From assembly GCA_964106645.2 (NCBI GenBank), contig OZ067039.1: a stretch of 64,000 nucleotides of DNA. One strand, 5' to 3'. A program made the translations under genes and the position numbers. The notes beneath the pieces are model-generated. The model was given only the letters and a program-made list of their open reading frames with translations, was not told the origin of the DNA and made no database searches. This document shows positions 46,989 to 60,884 of the stretch, piece after piece. Numbering within the stretch: position 1 is the first letter of the stretch; each line of letters opens with the position of its first letter. This DNA comes from Podarcis pityusensis. Its lineage: Eukaryota.

Positions 46989-49616
46989 AGAGAAAATCAC
47001 AAACAGTTAGTACCATAATCTGATTACTTGATGATCCTGCTGAGCGACTGGAGCTCAGTTTCCCCAAGGGATACAACGCATTTGAGAAACTGGGGCATGA
47101 ACATATTTCATAACATGAATGCTTCTAAATGCAGACTGCTTTCATGCGTAATTGATAACATCTGGGGACTGCTTGCAACGTTTTCCATCTTTTTAAAACG
47201 TAACATATTTCTGAATGGTCTCCATTCAATGGTTTATATTTAATGGTGACAACTCTCTTCTAGGAACAGATATCAGGCATCACCAGTCACCACACACCTT
47301 TTCCTTACTACTCTTTCAGGTATAATCTTGTCTCAGGAACTTATACTGATATGGTTTTGTTCATAAAGTAGCACAAGATTTCCTACATAGATAGTTTGAG
47401 GATGAAAGCCTCTAAATCCTACTTTATGAGGTGCATCCAGATATAATTTGCCACGTGAAACAGAGCAATATCATAATATAAAGTGTGCTGTCCTACTTCT
47501 GATAACGTACAGGAAACATTTCCCCTACAGAATATATTTCACAGTAGTTTGTATCACAGTGAGTATTGTGTAATTTGAAAAAGGAATTCCTCATTTTTTT
47601 CAAAGTAGTTATATTAGCTTAAAAAGATTACACATAGGGTATACTGTACTTCCTATGATCAAGGGCCTCCATAACATTCTGAATTATAAAGTTAGAAGGT
47701 TCTAGAATCTCATCAGTGTTTTTTCAGCGCTCATTGATTCACTGGCCTTGCTGACGGGTTTTTTTCACCTACACTGTACTGATTTGATGGCATATGAGGA
47801 GGGTATCAGGATGGCAAAGGCTGATCTAATGTCTAGCATATTCCTGGATTACTCAGCTATATGGCTGCCCTCACAGGAGATGATACAGAATCAATCTGTA
47901 GCATTGGCACAGCATGCGTGCGCATGCTGAAGCCAAACACCAGGCTTCTCCATTCCCTAGTAGCTGCAAAGGCTGTTCTCCATGGCAGCCACTTTGGGCA
48001 TAACAGCAGCAGGATTCTGTGCCTTGAATTCACAAGCCAAAATTGAACCAGGCATGTCTTCTTGTGCCTCCGTGTTCTTCAGCTATGAAATGGGATCAAT
48101 GTTCTCTGAATGGAATAAATGCAATATCATACCTATATGCATATTATATGTTTGACATTCTGTGTAGCCTTTGTCACCTGGAGGGACTCGTGCTTAGTTT
48201 CATTTCCAGATTCCTGCTTGTGCTGTATTTGAGTATGGATTACGTTTATTGATTTTATTAATGATAGCAAACCTTTTAAAAGCATAAGCAACGGAGTTCC
48301 AGCAATAAAGAATTGCCATTTAATAATGATAAAAGCTTGGGGGAAAATTTTAAACAGTTCTTTTGCCTATTTTTCACCTCTCCCACGAAAACATCCCTAT
48401 TATGGATAAATAACTGTGACTATTACTATTCCAAAACTGTAATCCTTAAATAGAAAAACTGTGACATTAGAAAAAAAGAATTTGGACTGCTTTTTCAACT
48501 TGCTTTGGTTTTTGCTACCACATTTTCAACCAAATGTCTTTGTTCATGGAGGCTAGAAACTTATTTTAAAACAGATGCAGAGATCCTTAGAATCTAAATG
48601 GAGCCTTTAGGTGAAGGTTAACCCATATGTTGGCTAAGTTTGGCCTGTCCATTTTATAATTTCCCATACCAGCATTCATTATTTTACTTGCTGTAAAATC
48701 TAAGCTGCTGTGAAAAAGCTCCTGGTCCTATTTATCAGTTTATGCCTGCTCAATTTCACTACTCTCAAGTTTAAAAACAATATTCTTTGAACTAATTTCC
48801 AGAACACTTCATTCATTTCAGGCTTTTTGTTTTGTTTGTTTTTGTCTCTACCTCATACAAATGCACAAGAAGACACTTAATAAAGTTGATTGCAAATCCC
48901 TGAGGAGTGGGGGTGGGAAATAGAACAATGCTTTGCCTAGAAACAAACAAAAATATATATGCATCTTTTCAGTTCACTGGAGGTGGAAATCCTGTTGTGG
49001 ACATGTATATATTACAGCTGAACTCAGTCCCACTCCATTAAAATTAAGTAGAAAGAAAATGAGTCAGAGGAAGGATGCCCATATGCTAGCTTGTATGACG
49101 TTAAGAAAGGTTTATTAAATTCTAACTTTTATAGTTTAATGAGTCAGTCTTCCATATGGATGAGGACCAAGAAAAGGAAAGATGAAACAAGTTCACTATC
49201 AATTTCCTCATTGCCCTATGCTCTTTCTCTGCCTTTTTAAAAAAATATCTCATTCAGCCGAGAATCATCTTAAATTTGGGCTTCGATTTTCTAATACATG
49301 CCAAGAATTTAAGGCACCAAATTTCCTCCTGAGTTATCATAGCCATCCTCTTCTTCCAATTAATTTGTTTTCATTATAGACATCATTAGAGATCTTTGTA
49401 AGCTGACAATAAAAAAAAAAGTGATGGAGGAAGAACAAAAGAGGAGATAGAGAAATGTAAGTGGAGTGGGATGAATATGATAAAGTGCAGCTGCACACAC
49501 AATTTTTCCTTTTTCACCTTGTTTCGTCTTCACATGCAAGTACATCTGTCTGTGCTTATCAAAGCCAGGCTCTAACATAAGCTTTAAAAATGTTCATAGT
49601 TAGGAACAGTGCTTAC

Positions 49617-49643
49617 TCTTGGGCCGATGTCTCCTTGATCCCC
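49617..49643 (-). CDS. COL23A1: COL23A1 exon, 27 nt, GDQGDIGPR
   Basis: ttgcag|...|gtaagc. Confidence 0.9.
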
Positions 49644-49979
49644 CTGCAAAACAGAAAAGTCATCATAATTCTTCTTTCCCCCATTTCATTTACTTGTTGT
49701 TTAAGAGTTGCTGTGTTGAGAGAATTCATTTCTTCCACATACAATAGAAAAGGGTGACCAACTGAATGAAGGAAGTTTACAAATTAACATTTGACCATGT
49801 GATGGACGTCCTTCACATATTTCATGCATGCAAAGGCCTCAGTCTTTCCATTTAAAGGACTGCTGATCTATACGCAAAAAAATAGTTAGGGCACATGCAA
49901 GGAATTCCTGTGGGATTGTGGTATCAAGACAGGGCATGGATAAAATATCTGTGGAACTTTTTAAAAATTTGATTTTTTT

Positions 49980-51170
49980 ATTTCAGGAAACAAAACATAT
50001 CCATACAAGGAAAACAGAGCTTAGTAGTTGTATAGAAAAGAGAGAAAAATAGGGGCTGATGGTCGTAGTTTTAGAAGCTCCAAGAAAAGCAATCAAATGA
50101 AAGTGTCTTTCCATGAGGTTCCATGAATCAATAAAAGGATATCATGTCATACAGAAGGTGTGTCTTTCTCCACACCGCCTGATTGATATTCCTTTTGTAA
50201 AATAATTAATTTGTCCATAAGCACGTTGTCCCACACTTGTGAAATCCAGGCTTCCAAAAGATTTGCATTTAAAGTTTTCCTATTATTCGCAGTCACTAAT
50301 CTAGCTGCAGTTAATAAGTGGAGGAGGAGGTGTTTGTCGGTTATGTTCTTAAACTGAGGAGTAAAATAAGATAGTGGGGCTAATTTGGGGTCTGGTTGTA
50401 GCGATTGTTCCATCATTTGAGAATACGTTTTGGGCAAAACCACCACATATGTAGCAGAGAGCCAGGCAAATTGCATTCCCTCCAGCAAAGGTTGGATGTG
50501 TAACAATTACAGTGGTGCCCCGCAAGACGAATGCCTCGCAAGATGAAAAATTCGCTAGACGAAAGGGTTTTGCGTTTTTTGAGTCATTCTGCAAGACGAA
50601 TTTCCCTATGGGCTTGCTTCGCAAGACGAAACGTCTTGCGAGTTCTTGCGAGTTTGTTTCCTTTTTCTTAAAGCCGCTAAGCCGTTAATAGCCGCTAAGC
50701 CGCTAAGCCGCTAATAGCCGCTAAGCCGCTAATAGCCGTGCTTCGCAAGACGAAAAAACCACAAGACGAAGAGACTCGCGGAACGGATTAATTTCGTCTT
50801 GCGAGGCACCACTGTAATTCTATATAATTTGGCTGGGCAACGTGATATCTTTAAAGCATTTTCTTGAGTTCTAATTGAGATGCATCCAAATGGGAGTTTA
50901 TTCCCCATTTGTTTCCAGAGTTGTACCTCTAATTTTTCTCCAAAATCTTGACCCCATTTTATTCGTAATGAAATGAGAGGAAGTGTAGCCAGTTGTGTGA
51001 GACTGTTATACAGCTGGGAGATGATTGCCCTTCCCAGTGGGTTGGTTGAGTTGAGTAGTTGCTCAAAACCATTGAAAGTGCTTGAACCCTTATATTTGGC
51101 TAATTTAGAAAACATATAATTTGGTGTATCTCTAACCAGTCACATGGTACATCTCCCAATATAAAATTTA
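49980..51170 (-). mobile_element. Decayed L1 LINE 3' fragment (ORF2 C-terminus)
   Basis: Broken frames give ISQLYNSL..KWGQD..LEVQLW, RTQENALKI, CWREC..GSLLHMWWFCP (L1 CCHC domain) and LLTAARL. Confidence 0.75.
50510..50814 (+). mobile_element. Same MITE family, copy 2, nested in an L1 fragment
   Basis: Same TIRs and TA flanks; highly similar to 5027-5342. Confidence 0.9.
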
Positions 51171-51609
51171 TTTCTAGAGCTGTAAGGAGCTTTTGGTTCT
51201 GTGGAATCCTTTGATGGCAATCATGTCAAAATCAGAGGGTCCAAGCAGCAACAGGTAACCTGTGGCCCTCCTGATGTCATTGGGCTCCACCCACCCCAAC
51301 CAGCAGGGCCAAGGGTGTGGAGACGTGGTCTGGAAGGCCACAAATTCCCCTAATGGAATGCAAAAGAAACATGTCCTAGTGGGAATTCCCCGTGGCAACT
51401 GGGACTACAGATTCTGATACAGAAGCCTTGTGTATGGAAAAGCCAATTGCTGACAATGGACACAGGAAACAATATGACCCAAAGTCCAAACAGGAAGATG
51501 ATTAAAAAAAATAAAAAATTGAGACACAACTCTTATTAGAATGCTTAGGAACCTACTTTTAAGGCAATGTTCTGAATTTTAAGGCAATGTTCTGAATGAC
51601 CAATCTTAC

Positions 51610-51636
51610 CTTTTCCCCTTTCGCTCCTGGAGGCCC
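51610..51636 (-). CDS. COL23A1: COL23A1 exon, 27 nt, GPPGAKGEK
   Basis: ctacag|...|gtaaga. Confidence 0.9.
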
Positions 51637-52264
51637 CTGTAGAGATCAACAAAATGATAGTAAGGAAGTAGCTGATTAATCTACAGTTCAGCTCCCCCCT
51701 CCCAAACCTTTACTAAAACAAATTATTTCAAGGAGCAAGAGGGGCCATTTACCTCTAATGTAGGGATGAAGAACATCCCTGATTTAACCTTTCCCCTGTC
51801 TTTATTTGTAGATATTTATGCTGGACCCCTTCCCCTGACTTCTATATATTTATGTGTGTGAAATATTTTCCCCCTCTATAGAGATGCATTTAATCATGTG
51901 AACAATCTGAAGTGGTGCAGCCGAGACCTTGGTTGACTAACTCACTGACTGAGAGCTAGACCATATTTGGGGCCCACAGAGCAGCTGTGACTCTCAGGTG
52001 ACGGTTTTTATTCTTGCTTTATTAGAACATAAATATTTTATTCTTCAGTAAAGCTTTCTCAGAATATTCACTTTCTCAGACTACTTTCATGAGCTCTGGG
52101 CCCATTAGTACAACCCAACTAGGTTCACACAGTTAAATCAATGGATTTTAGATACCGTGGAGCAGTGCCAAGCAGCTTCTCCTCCTTATGCTTTTGCATA
52201 TAGCTGAATACTGACACTTTTAATTCATCCACAGTGTGCGTGTGTTACTCAGAGCATAACTTAC

Positions 52265-52291
52265 TGGTTTGCCATCCAGTCCAAGAGGCCC
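52265..52291 (-). CDS. COL23A1: COL23A1 exon, 27 nt, GPLGLDGKP
   Basis: ttttag|...|gtaagt; matches the mammalian peptide as recalled. Confidence 0.92.
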
Positions 52292-54364
52292 CTAAAACAA
52301 AAGAAGACAACAATGTGTTATAAAGCAATATTATTTTTGTAGCACAGTAAATCCTGCCTTCCCACCTCAGAGGGTTTTCCCATGTGATCAGTGAAAAGCA
52401 TGTCCTGAGGGCATCACAGTCTTTCCCCATAATTCTGAAAAAGCTCCTTTACAGGCTAATAATACAAGAGTGCAAGACTGGCGTGTAGGGTCTTCAGTTT
52501 GGCGCTACCCATCCTTTGGAATGTCCTAGGCACTTTCTCTGTTGACTTTTTGGTGCCTGCTAAAGACATTGCTCTTCCAGCAAGCCTTATAAAACTTTGA
52601 TCCCAAGTTGGTTTCTGTCCTGCATCTGAACTGATTTCATGTATCTGCTGTTTATACTTTAAACTGGTTTTTAATTTTAAAGGTGGTTTTTTTATTAAAA
52701 ATGTTATTATATGCAATTGTTTTCAACTGTTTTTATATATGTTACTGTTTTATATATGTTTTATATCATAAAGTGCTTCAAGATGTCTCATGAGAAACAA
52801 TTCATAAATTAAATCATCATCATCATCAATACTTTTGATGTGTCAGTACTCACCAGTAGAGAATACCAGCACCTCTTTTTTAGTTTTGTTTTTTCTGTCC
52901 ATAACAGCCATGATGTCCTGGCACCCATGACACTTCAATCAAGATAAAAGAGTGCCAGCAACTCACTGATTTATTTGTTTTTTTTACCAAAAAGTACTGA
53001 TAATATTGGTGCAGAACTAGCAAGACATCCACCCATGGCTCCTTTGGGAAGAAGGCGAGGATAGAAATTTAATAAATACAAGAGACATGGAAAGGAGTAG
53101 CCTCATTGTGTGGGAGTGTATGGCTGTGTTCCCCCCTTACAAGTATTTATTAACACATCAGCACAGGAGAAGGTCAGAGCAAATTATGACAAACAAAGCC
53201 AAATGAGAAAATCAACAGCAATGGTGTTTGTGTTTGTGTTGTTTTTTAATGGATGCACCTCACCATTACCATTTTAAACGAGTACTCCTGCACAGGGTAG
53301 GGGGAATTCAAAGGAAGAGAATGGAATAAAAATTAATGAAATGATGTAAGCACAGAATGAGGAAGGCTGCACCACTAATCAAGTCACATGCAATACTTAT
53401 TAGGTGCCTGACGTACATTCCAAACAATAAACATAATACATACGAACATACTATATTTCCTTTGGGCAAATAATATTGCAAATTTGAATACTGTACTGTG
53501 AAAATGTGATATCCTCAGGACAGTAGTACAAACTCCAGAGGCAATTTGTTGACTTTGTACACTATTAATGAACAAAACTGATCATGTGGGAAAACCCTAG
53601 ACATTTCGAAAGGTGTTTAATTATTGAGCAATATTTTGGTTGGTTGTTTTCGAGGGACCACATCCTTTTCTAATTCTTTGTAAAATGGAAACCAGTTGGC
53701 CTTGTCATGCAAGAGTTGGTACCCACCCTTTAATGTGCTACTTTATTTGGAGGTTGTCCCTCACTGCATCTGCTTGCTAATTTTAAAAATGATTAATTAC
53801 TAGCAGTGGTAAAAGCAGGGTTGCCATATTTCCCAGAAATCCAAGTATTATCTGGATTAAAGAAACTGCAGATGGTGCCTGGGTAATGCATCACCTGGTT
53901 TAGATTCTAAGCTTTTATGTGAAAAAGAACATTTCAAGTTGCAGAGAAAAACAGGAAAACGTGCCAATCACCTGGTACTTAGTAAAAAAGTTGTTTCTCC
54001 TCCCAAAGTTGTTTCTTTGTTCTAGGCAATGATGCTTAACCACTTAGCCACTCCTAACCATCACATGTGAATGAAGAAGAGTGGCTAAGTGGACCAAATG
54101 GTTACCTAAACACTTGAAGGACAGAGCTTAACATTTGCTGAACTCCTCTCCACTCCTCTAACTTCTTTCTAACAGTGAAGGTAGTGCTTGTTGGTGAAAA
54201 GGTTCTGCCTCTTTTTATTTGCCACTCTGGGTGATGATGGGGACTGCTACTGCTGCATTTCTCTTTTCTGCTTGTGTATGCATGGACTCTTAAATTAAAA
54301 GCAATTATATAAAAAAAGAAGCTGTGTGATATCAATGAGCAGATCACAAAACCATTATCAAAGT

Positions 54365-54640
54365 ATCATAGAATTTGTAGAGTTCAAATGGTGATCTAGT
54401 CTAACCCCTTGCAATGGAGGAATCATAGCTAAAGAATCTCTGACAGGTGGCCATATAAAAAGGGTTTTAAAAACTGCATTGAAGTTCACCACCTTCTTAG
54501 GTTGTCCATTTCACTATTGAACAGCTCTTTCCATCCGAAAGTTCTTCCTAACGTTTAGCTGGAACCTGCTTTCTTGTCATTTGAATCTTCTGGTTTGGGT
54601 CCTGCTCTTTCGAGCAAACAGAAAACAAGCCTGCTTAAGG
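54365..54640 (-). mobile_element. CR1-like LINE 3' fragment
   Basis: atcatagaatttgtagagtt..gatctagtctaacccc..gaaagttcttcctaa is typical of a reverse-strand CR1 end. Confidence 0.65.
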
Positions 54641-55097
54641 TCACCCGGTAAGTAGTGACTGAGTGGGTAAAAGAGCTGAGCTCAATTCTTTCTTCCCTGG
54701 CATTGTAATCGCCAAACAACCACAAGCCCTTCCATGGGTTCTTTTGTCACTGCTCAGTTTCTTGGCAACTAGTAGAGAGATAATTTTTTAAATAGAAATC
54801 ACACAAATGAGATAAGATTGTCCCGCTATGTCCAATTTGCATAATAATTTGCTGTTCAGTTTTCTGGGGCTGTGATATGGCAACCCTACATAAGGTTTTT
54901 TTCTTAAAAAAGCTATTTCTTTATACAAATATAATAACAGTAAGCACCAGCAATCATCACATATGATATATTAAGAGCGTCAAAGGAAATGGAAAAAATA
55001 TTGATTTGTAGCAAGGTGAAAGAAGTGGGGAGGGATGATAGCAAAAGAAGTAGCCCTGAAATTCCTAAACATTTTCTAAGAGAAGTAACACCAAGAG

Positions 55098-55233
55098 CAG
55101 ACTTCCTCAAACTTGGCCCTCCAGATGTTTTTGGCCTACAACTCCCATGATCCCTAGGTAGCAGGACCAGTGGTCAGGGATGATGGGAACTGTAGTCTCA
55201 AAACATCTGGAGGGCCGAGTTTGAGGAAGCCTG
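55098..55233. mobile_element. Palindromic hAT-type MITE
   Basis: Near-complete hairpin; 8-bp TSD ACCAAGAG at 55090-55097 and 55234-55241. Confidence 0.88.
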
Positions 55234-55424
55234 ACCAAGAGCATTAGAAGTGCATGCTTGATCAAATCTCCCTGACTGCACAGAAGATTAGATTGCCTTT
55301 AAGGATAAACCCTCTCACTGCTGCTTATAGAATAAAATAAAGTATAAAAGCAACAGCAATGAATAATAAACAGCAGTAATCATAATAAAAGAAACATCCG
55401 GTTGAAAAATATTAAAATCCAATA

Positions 55425-55721
55425 CAGTGGTGCCTCGCAAGATGAAATTAATCCGTTCCGCGAGTCTCTTCGTCTTGTGGTTTTTTCGTCTTGCGAAGCA
55501 CGGCTATTAGCGGCTTAGCGGCTATTAACGGCTTAGCGGCTATTAACGGCTTAGCAGCTTTAAGAAAAAGGAAACAAACTCGCAAGAACTCGCAAGACAT
55601 TTCGTCTTGCGAAGCAAGCCCATAGGGAAATTCGTCTTGCGGAACGACTCAAAAAACGGAAAACTCTTTCGTCTAGCGAGTTTTTCGTCTTGCGAGGCAT
55701 TCGTCTTGCGGGGCACCACTG
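55425..55721 (-). mobile_element. Same MITE family, copy 3, inverted
   Basis: Reverse complement of the 5027-5342 family, TA flanks. Confidence 0.9.
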
Positions 55722-58700
55722 TACACAAATGCTACTAAAAGCAATCAGCACTCCAATACAACAACAACCAGAAAAAGCCAAGCAAACCAAATGGGTCGTT
55801 AGGTTTTTTGTTAAAGTCCTGTAATGACTGGGCCTGGCAGACCCCACATGGTAATTAGGTATGGCAACCAGGAGGTACTTTGGTGATTGTAAGGGTCGCA
55901 CCAAAGCGCCTCTGCTCTGGTACGCCCTTTTTACAATCGCCAGGCACCTTCCCAGAAGGTACTTTTGTAAGGGATGCACCAAAGCACCTCTGGAAGGCTG
56001 TGACTGCAGCTGAAGGAAGCAGCAGCAATCGAGGAGGAAGCAGCAAAGGTGTGGGGCAGGGGAGGGGAGCGAGTGAGCGAGCAGGCAGGAGACAAGTGGT
56101 GGCAGCAAGATGGTGGTGGAGGAAAAAGAGGTGGCAGTACGCTGTACTGACCCAAAAAACACAATGCTGACTTGAAACTCGAGTTCCTGAATATGATGGT
56201 AAGTAAACATGCATACAACTGGGTGGAACACCAACTCATTTAATTACCAATTTCAAAAGGGATTTTAGAAATACTGTGTGATTTATGCAGCGTGTACAGT
56301 ATGCACATTCATCTCCTGCAGTTTAGCATCCAAGTAATAAAAGTATAAACCAAGCCTATATATAGCCACCCTTGTATAGGGCCTTCATAAAACATCAAAA
56401 TAAAGTTTCAGTCATCTGTTAGTGCCAGGCCACGTCTGTATCCTAAGTGGCTGCATATGGGAGGCAGACAGCTGAAAAGTAAAGTCACTCCACCACTGAG
56501 TGTCCACACTGAGTGTCCTCAAACAATTTGGCAATTGCTCTGAAAATTTTTCATACTGCTATTTTGTATGGTGAAGTTAAATTGGGAGAAATCATTTGGC
56601 AGAGTAATATGGTGAGGGACACACTGACATCATTCTTGCTTAAATGCAGACCTTTATTGTTATAATCAGTCCCACAACATCCATCTGCAGTGCAGATGGA
56701 AGCAGATCTTTTCCTGAGTTTTACTATGGACAGCAAGGACCAGATATACCCCAGAGTGGATCCAGTGAGGATCCCACTTCAGAATTTGATTATTTTAGGG
56801 TGAATTCAGGGTTCACTGGAGCTGTGCGGCAGCCACTTAAGTCTACCTTGTGTTGCTGCCTATATACAGAGGGGTGATGAAGTTGTTTGTAGCCTTTGAT
56901 CATACTGTTAAGTCCAACATTATCCTCCTTCTGAAGCCTTCTCTATATCTGGAGCCTTGGGTGATTGCCAATGTTGGGCTTCACTGCATAATCAAACCAC
57001 TGCCGCCCTATGTGATACAACCATTAACTATGTAATAAGCTTTAAGCAAAGACCTGCAGTTCCTAGTTATCTGAATCTAGCAGTTCCAGATCCGGAGCAA
57101 ACCTGGCCCTCCTCTCATCTGATCAGCACATAAAGCTGTCCCAGCAAGTTCTATACCCACTAAAATATGGGCAGAAGACAAATGCCCTCAGCCACCACAC
57201 CGCTGCAACATTTTGCCAATAGAGGAGGCAAGTACAACCTTCAGGTCCTTGAGGCAGCAATCTCAAAAATGACATTTCTCTTACAATGCGTTTTAAGCAT
57301 TACAAAGCTCTGCAACTATTTTCTGCAGAGGTAGCGTTATACTGTAAAGTCTTGGACTGGAAATCTATCTTTAAACTGGCCACAAGTACAAGTATTAGAC
57401 ATACATTTTGGGTTTATTTTATTTCACACAGTGGTACTTCAAATGAGTAAGTACTCTAATAGGAAAAATGATTGGCTAAGACCAGAAGGAGTTGTGAAGG
57501 GTCAGCCTAAATATCCATGTTGCTCAGTATCCTCTTTTGGACAGAGGCCAAAACAAATGCTTCAGTTGCTGCATGGGAAATCAGGCTATTAATCTCCTTT
57601 GTTCAGTTGCAGTCAGCACTGTCATTCTAGTTTTATGCCGAACTATAATTTTGGTCCTTGCACATCTTTGACCTATACTTTTCTCCTCTGCAAATACTCA
57701 CATACAAAGCTGGACACATAGAATGCACCAGTTTTTTTATTAAAAGCATGCTCATCCAGCCACACATATTCTATAGCAGACTGGTCAGTCAATAGCTATC
57801 TGAAATTGTGCTCCTCCACTGAGTGTAGCCAAGCTAAGAGTATAGCAATTCTAAATTGCATGGGTTTTTTAAAGCACCCCATGCAGGCAACAGCACCCTT
57901 TACAATAAGGAAATCCCAGATAATAATTGCACCATATAAGCTACTCCTCCGACTTTTTGAGGCCCCTGCTTTATATAACCTTCTACACAGTTATTTAAGT
58001 TTTAGGAAAAGTGGAAGAACAAGCTGATGTTCCATGGCCATATTATGGCTGCATCTTGGCTGATAGCAATAGGCAGACTCAGATCTTGGATTTAGTAGAA
58101 TATACCATGTGATGTGAATTTCATTTGTGTGTGTGTGAAGATCACTTCTGTAATGCTTAGCAAATCTCAGCACATCGTGTAAGAAATCCAAATACATGGA
58201 TCTATTATAACCACTGCACTTTGCATATCAATCCAAACTAGGAAGCAGCTGATCATCTCACATGCATCATTTGGCCTCATGTGTTCTCATCTTCCTCTCT
58301 AGTGCCAAACCCATCACTACACAGTACAAATTAGGAACACTGCAGCCACAAAGTAAGAGCGTAGAGCAGATATGCTTTTCTAACTCATATTTGCACATAA
58401 AAGTTGCCACATGTTACACACATTACATCTTCCTTTAAATCTATACATACATAGTGGGTGTTCATTACCAGCATAAATCTGAAATAACCACAAATGCAAT
58501 CATGGAGTGTGGACTTCCACCTCGAAAACAAAATCTGAACATTCCTCTGTGCTTTAGCATAAAATTCACAGGGCAACCAGCTCAGTCAAACAGTCTGAAA
58601 TGATGCATGCTGGGGGTGGAGGCATAATCTATGAAAAGCATTATTGCTAAGAATATGTATTGAATTCTCTGCTGTCAACTTTCTCCCCACTTTTTGCGAT

Positions 58701-59050
58701 TCAAAATAACCAGAACTTCTGACTGGAGCTGTCCTGATGAATGTCAGAATTCTCAGTTGTTCCAGCATTTTACTTCAGGAATTCATGTGCTTTCAGAAAG
58801 GCAACCTTAAACCTTTAAGCTTAGGGTCTAGGGATTTTTTTTTTTTTTTAAGGTTACAGGAAAGCAAGGCCCTAAAAAAATCACAAAAGAAATAAACACA
58901 CATATTTTAAAACTCCTATTGGAGTGCTTGTTTACTCCTTTAAAAATACCCTTGTTGAAAATAAAATTACTCCTTTGAGCTATTTCTTCTTTTTTATGGA
59001 GCTGAAAGGAATAAACTTTCCCTTTTCTAGAGAAGAGAGTGAGTGTGAGA

Positions 59051-59076
59051 GTGTGTGTGTGTGTGTGTGTGTGTGT
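59051..59076. repeat. (GT)n microsatellite
   Basis: Seen directly. Confidence 0.9.
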
Positions 59077-59901
59077 TTGAGAGGGGGAAGAGAAAGAGAG
59101 AATCAACACTGCAAAATATTCATTTCTTTCCAGAACAATCCATACAGAATTGAATTTCAGAATAATAACAGTGCAGAACTGAGGAAATCTGTTCATACCT
59201 GCTTATTTGATTTATCATTTGCGCATATAGATCCACCATTCTTCATTAACAAATTATACTGTTTACAAGAATTACTAAGCATTGTCGCATGATGGTCTGG
59301 AGTTTGTACAATGAAGCTGTATGAAAAAGAGTGGTGGGACAGCTGTCAAGAGCTAGCTTTGTTGCTTACAACAGAACAAGAACATTGGAACCTGCAGCTC
59401 TCTATATGGGGAAAAGCAAGTTTGCATTGTACGTGGAAGCAGGGCTTTTTGTTTCAAAAAAGCATGATTAGTTGCAAATTAGATAATCAGTAAACAAGTG
59501 TTGTATCCAAACAGTAGTCCTCCTGCTAATGCAAGGAATTCCTCCTACAGAATGGTACTTCCTATTCTGCCCGCCAACCCTCCACATCTCCCCAAATCTG
59601 CCCCAGAGCATGAATGAACCCCAAGAATATTAGTTATATGGGATTTACCCTCACGTATGTTGGGATTGCATGTTTGCAGTCTAACAATTTTTAAACAGTA
59701 GGTAAACTTTGAAGTAACTTAGTTAACAGTAGGAAAAAACAGTTAATCTGTTGGTAAAAGTGGTAACTCAAATTATATTAATAGAGGTTTTCATCTTCTC
59801 CTCTCATCATCAAGCCATTGTTCATTTTCCTGTACTGCTCTGAGGCTGCATGCAGAAAGATCTTTTGCTCCCACAGCTTCTTACTTTGAACTCAAAATAT
59901 T

Positions 59902-60884
59902 GTCATGAGTTCAAGGGTGCCAGACTCCCTTAAATTCCTGCACCCAGTAAGTGTTAGAATTTAACCAAGTCTCCTGAATTCTTGGATCCAGCAGGCGGTT
60001 AAAATATAAGCCAAGCTAGCTTCCCCATGGGGTAATCACCTGAGCAACGGGCAATTAAGAGAACAAAGGGGAGGTGATGAGCCATTAAGGAACCAAGGAA
60101 AAGGGGCTCTGTGCCAGACAGCAAGTGGGTGGTGCCCCTCCTCCTCCTCTTAGTTAGACAAAGCAGGAGTTTGGAGGACAGCGTTGGCTGTGATGTGAAC
60201 TAGAGGAAGAAGATGCAGGCTGGAAAGGCTGAGAAAAAGCCATGGCTGATTTTCTGCTTGAATCTAAGGCTGCGGCTATGGGAGAAACAAGACCCTTTGG
60301 GGTGTTAATGCTGTGAACCCCTCCATCATAGCCTCAGGTTGTATATATTTGCAAATAAACCAACTATCATAAAGAAGGCTGATCGCCGAAGAATTGATGC
60401 TTTTGAATTATGGTGCTGGAGGAGACTCTTGAGAGTCCCATGGACTGCAAGATGATCAAACCTCTCCATTCTGAAGGAAATCAGCCCTGAGTGCTCACTG
60501 GAAGGACAGCTCCTGAAGCTGAGGCTCCAGTACTTTGGCCACCTCATGAGAAGAGAAGACTCCCTGGAAAAGAGCCTGATGTTGGGAAAGATTGAGGGCA
60601 CAAGAAGAAGGGGACAGCAGAGGACGAGATGGTTGGATAGTGTTCTCGAAGCTACCAGCATGAGTTTGACCAAACTGCGGGAGGCAGTGGAAGACAGAAG
60701 GGCCTGGCGTGCTCTGGTCCATGGGGTCACGAAGAGTCGGACATGACTAAATGACTAAACAACAACAAATCATAAGGACACCACGGTCTTTGTGCCTCAT
60801 TGCTGAAAGGAAACATGGACTCTGGGTGAGTGCCTGGAACCCCTGGAATCTCGTATTGCTCAGAGATTGGGGTGGCATGCAACT
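59902..60884 (+). mobile_element. Probable solo LTR interrupted by BovB
   Basis: Starts TG, has AATAAA at about 60354, and the sequence resumes after the BovB insert; boundaries approximate. Confidence 0.4.
60368..60768 (+). mobile_element. BovB (RTE) LINE, 5'-truncated 3' fragment
   Basis: Peptide RRIDAFELWCWRRLLRVPWTAR*..LKLRLQYFGHLMRREDSLEKSLMLGKIEG; (CAA)n tail; ATCATAA duplication at both ends. Confidence 0.93.

Noticed and set aside
51557-51597. 20-bp tandem duplication beside the 51610 exon donor
   Set aside because: Ordinary slippage duplication; the donor is unaffected.
55560-56239. 224-aa and overlapping ORFs
   Set aside because: They run through low-complexity repeat-derived sequence and a MITE, with no coding signature.
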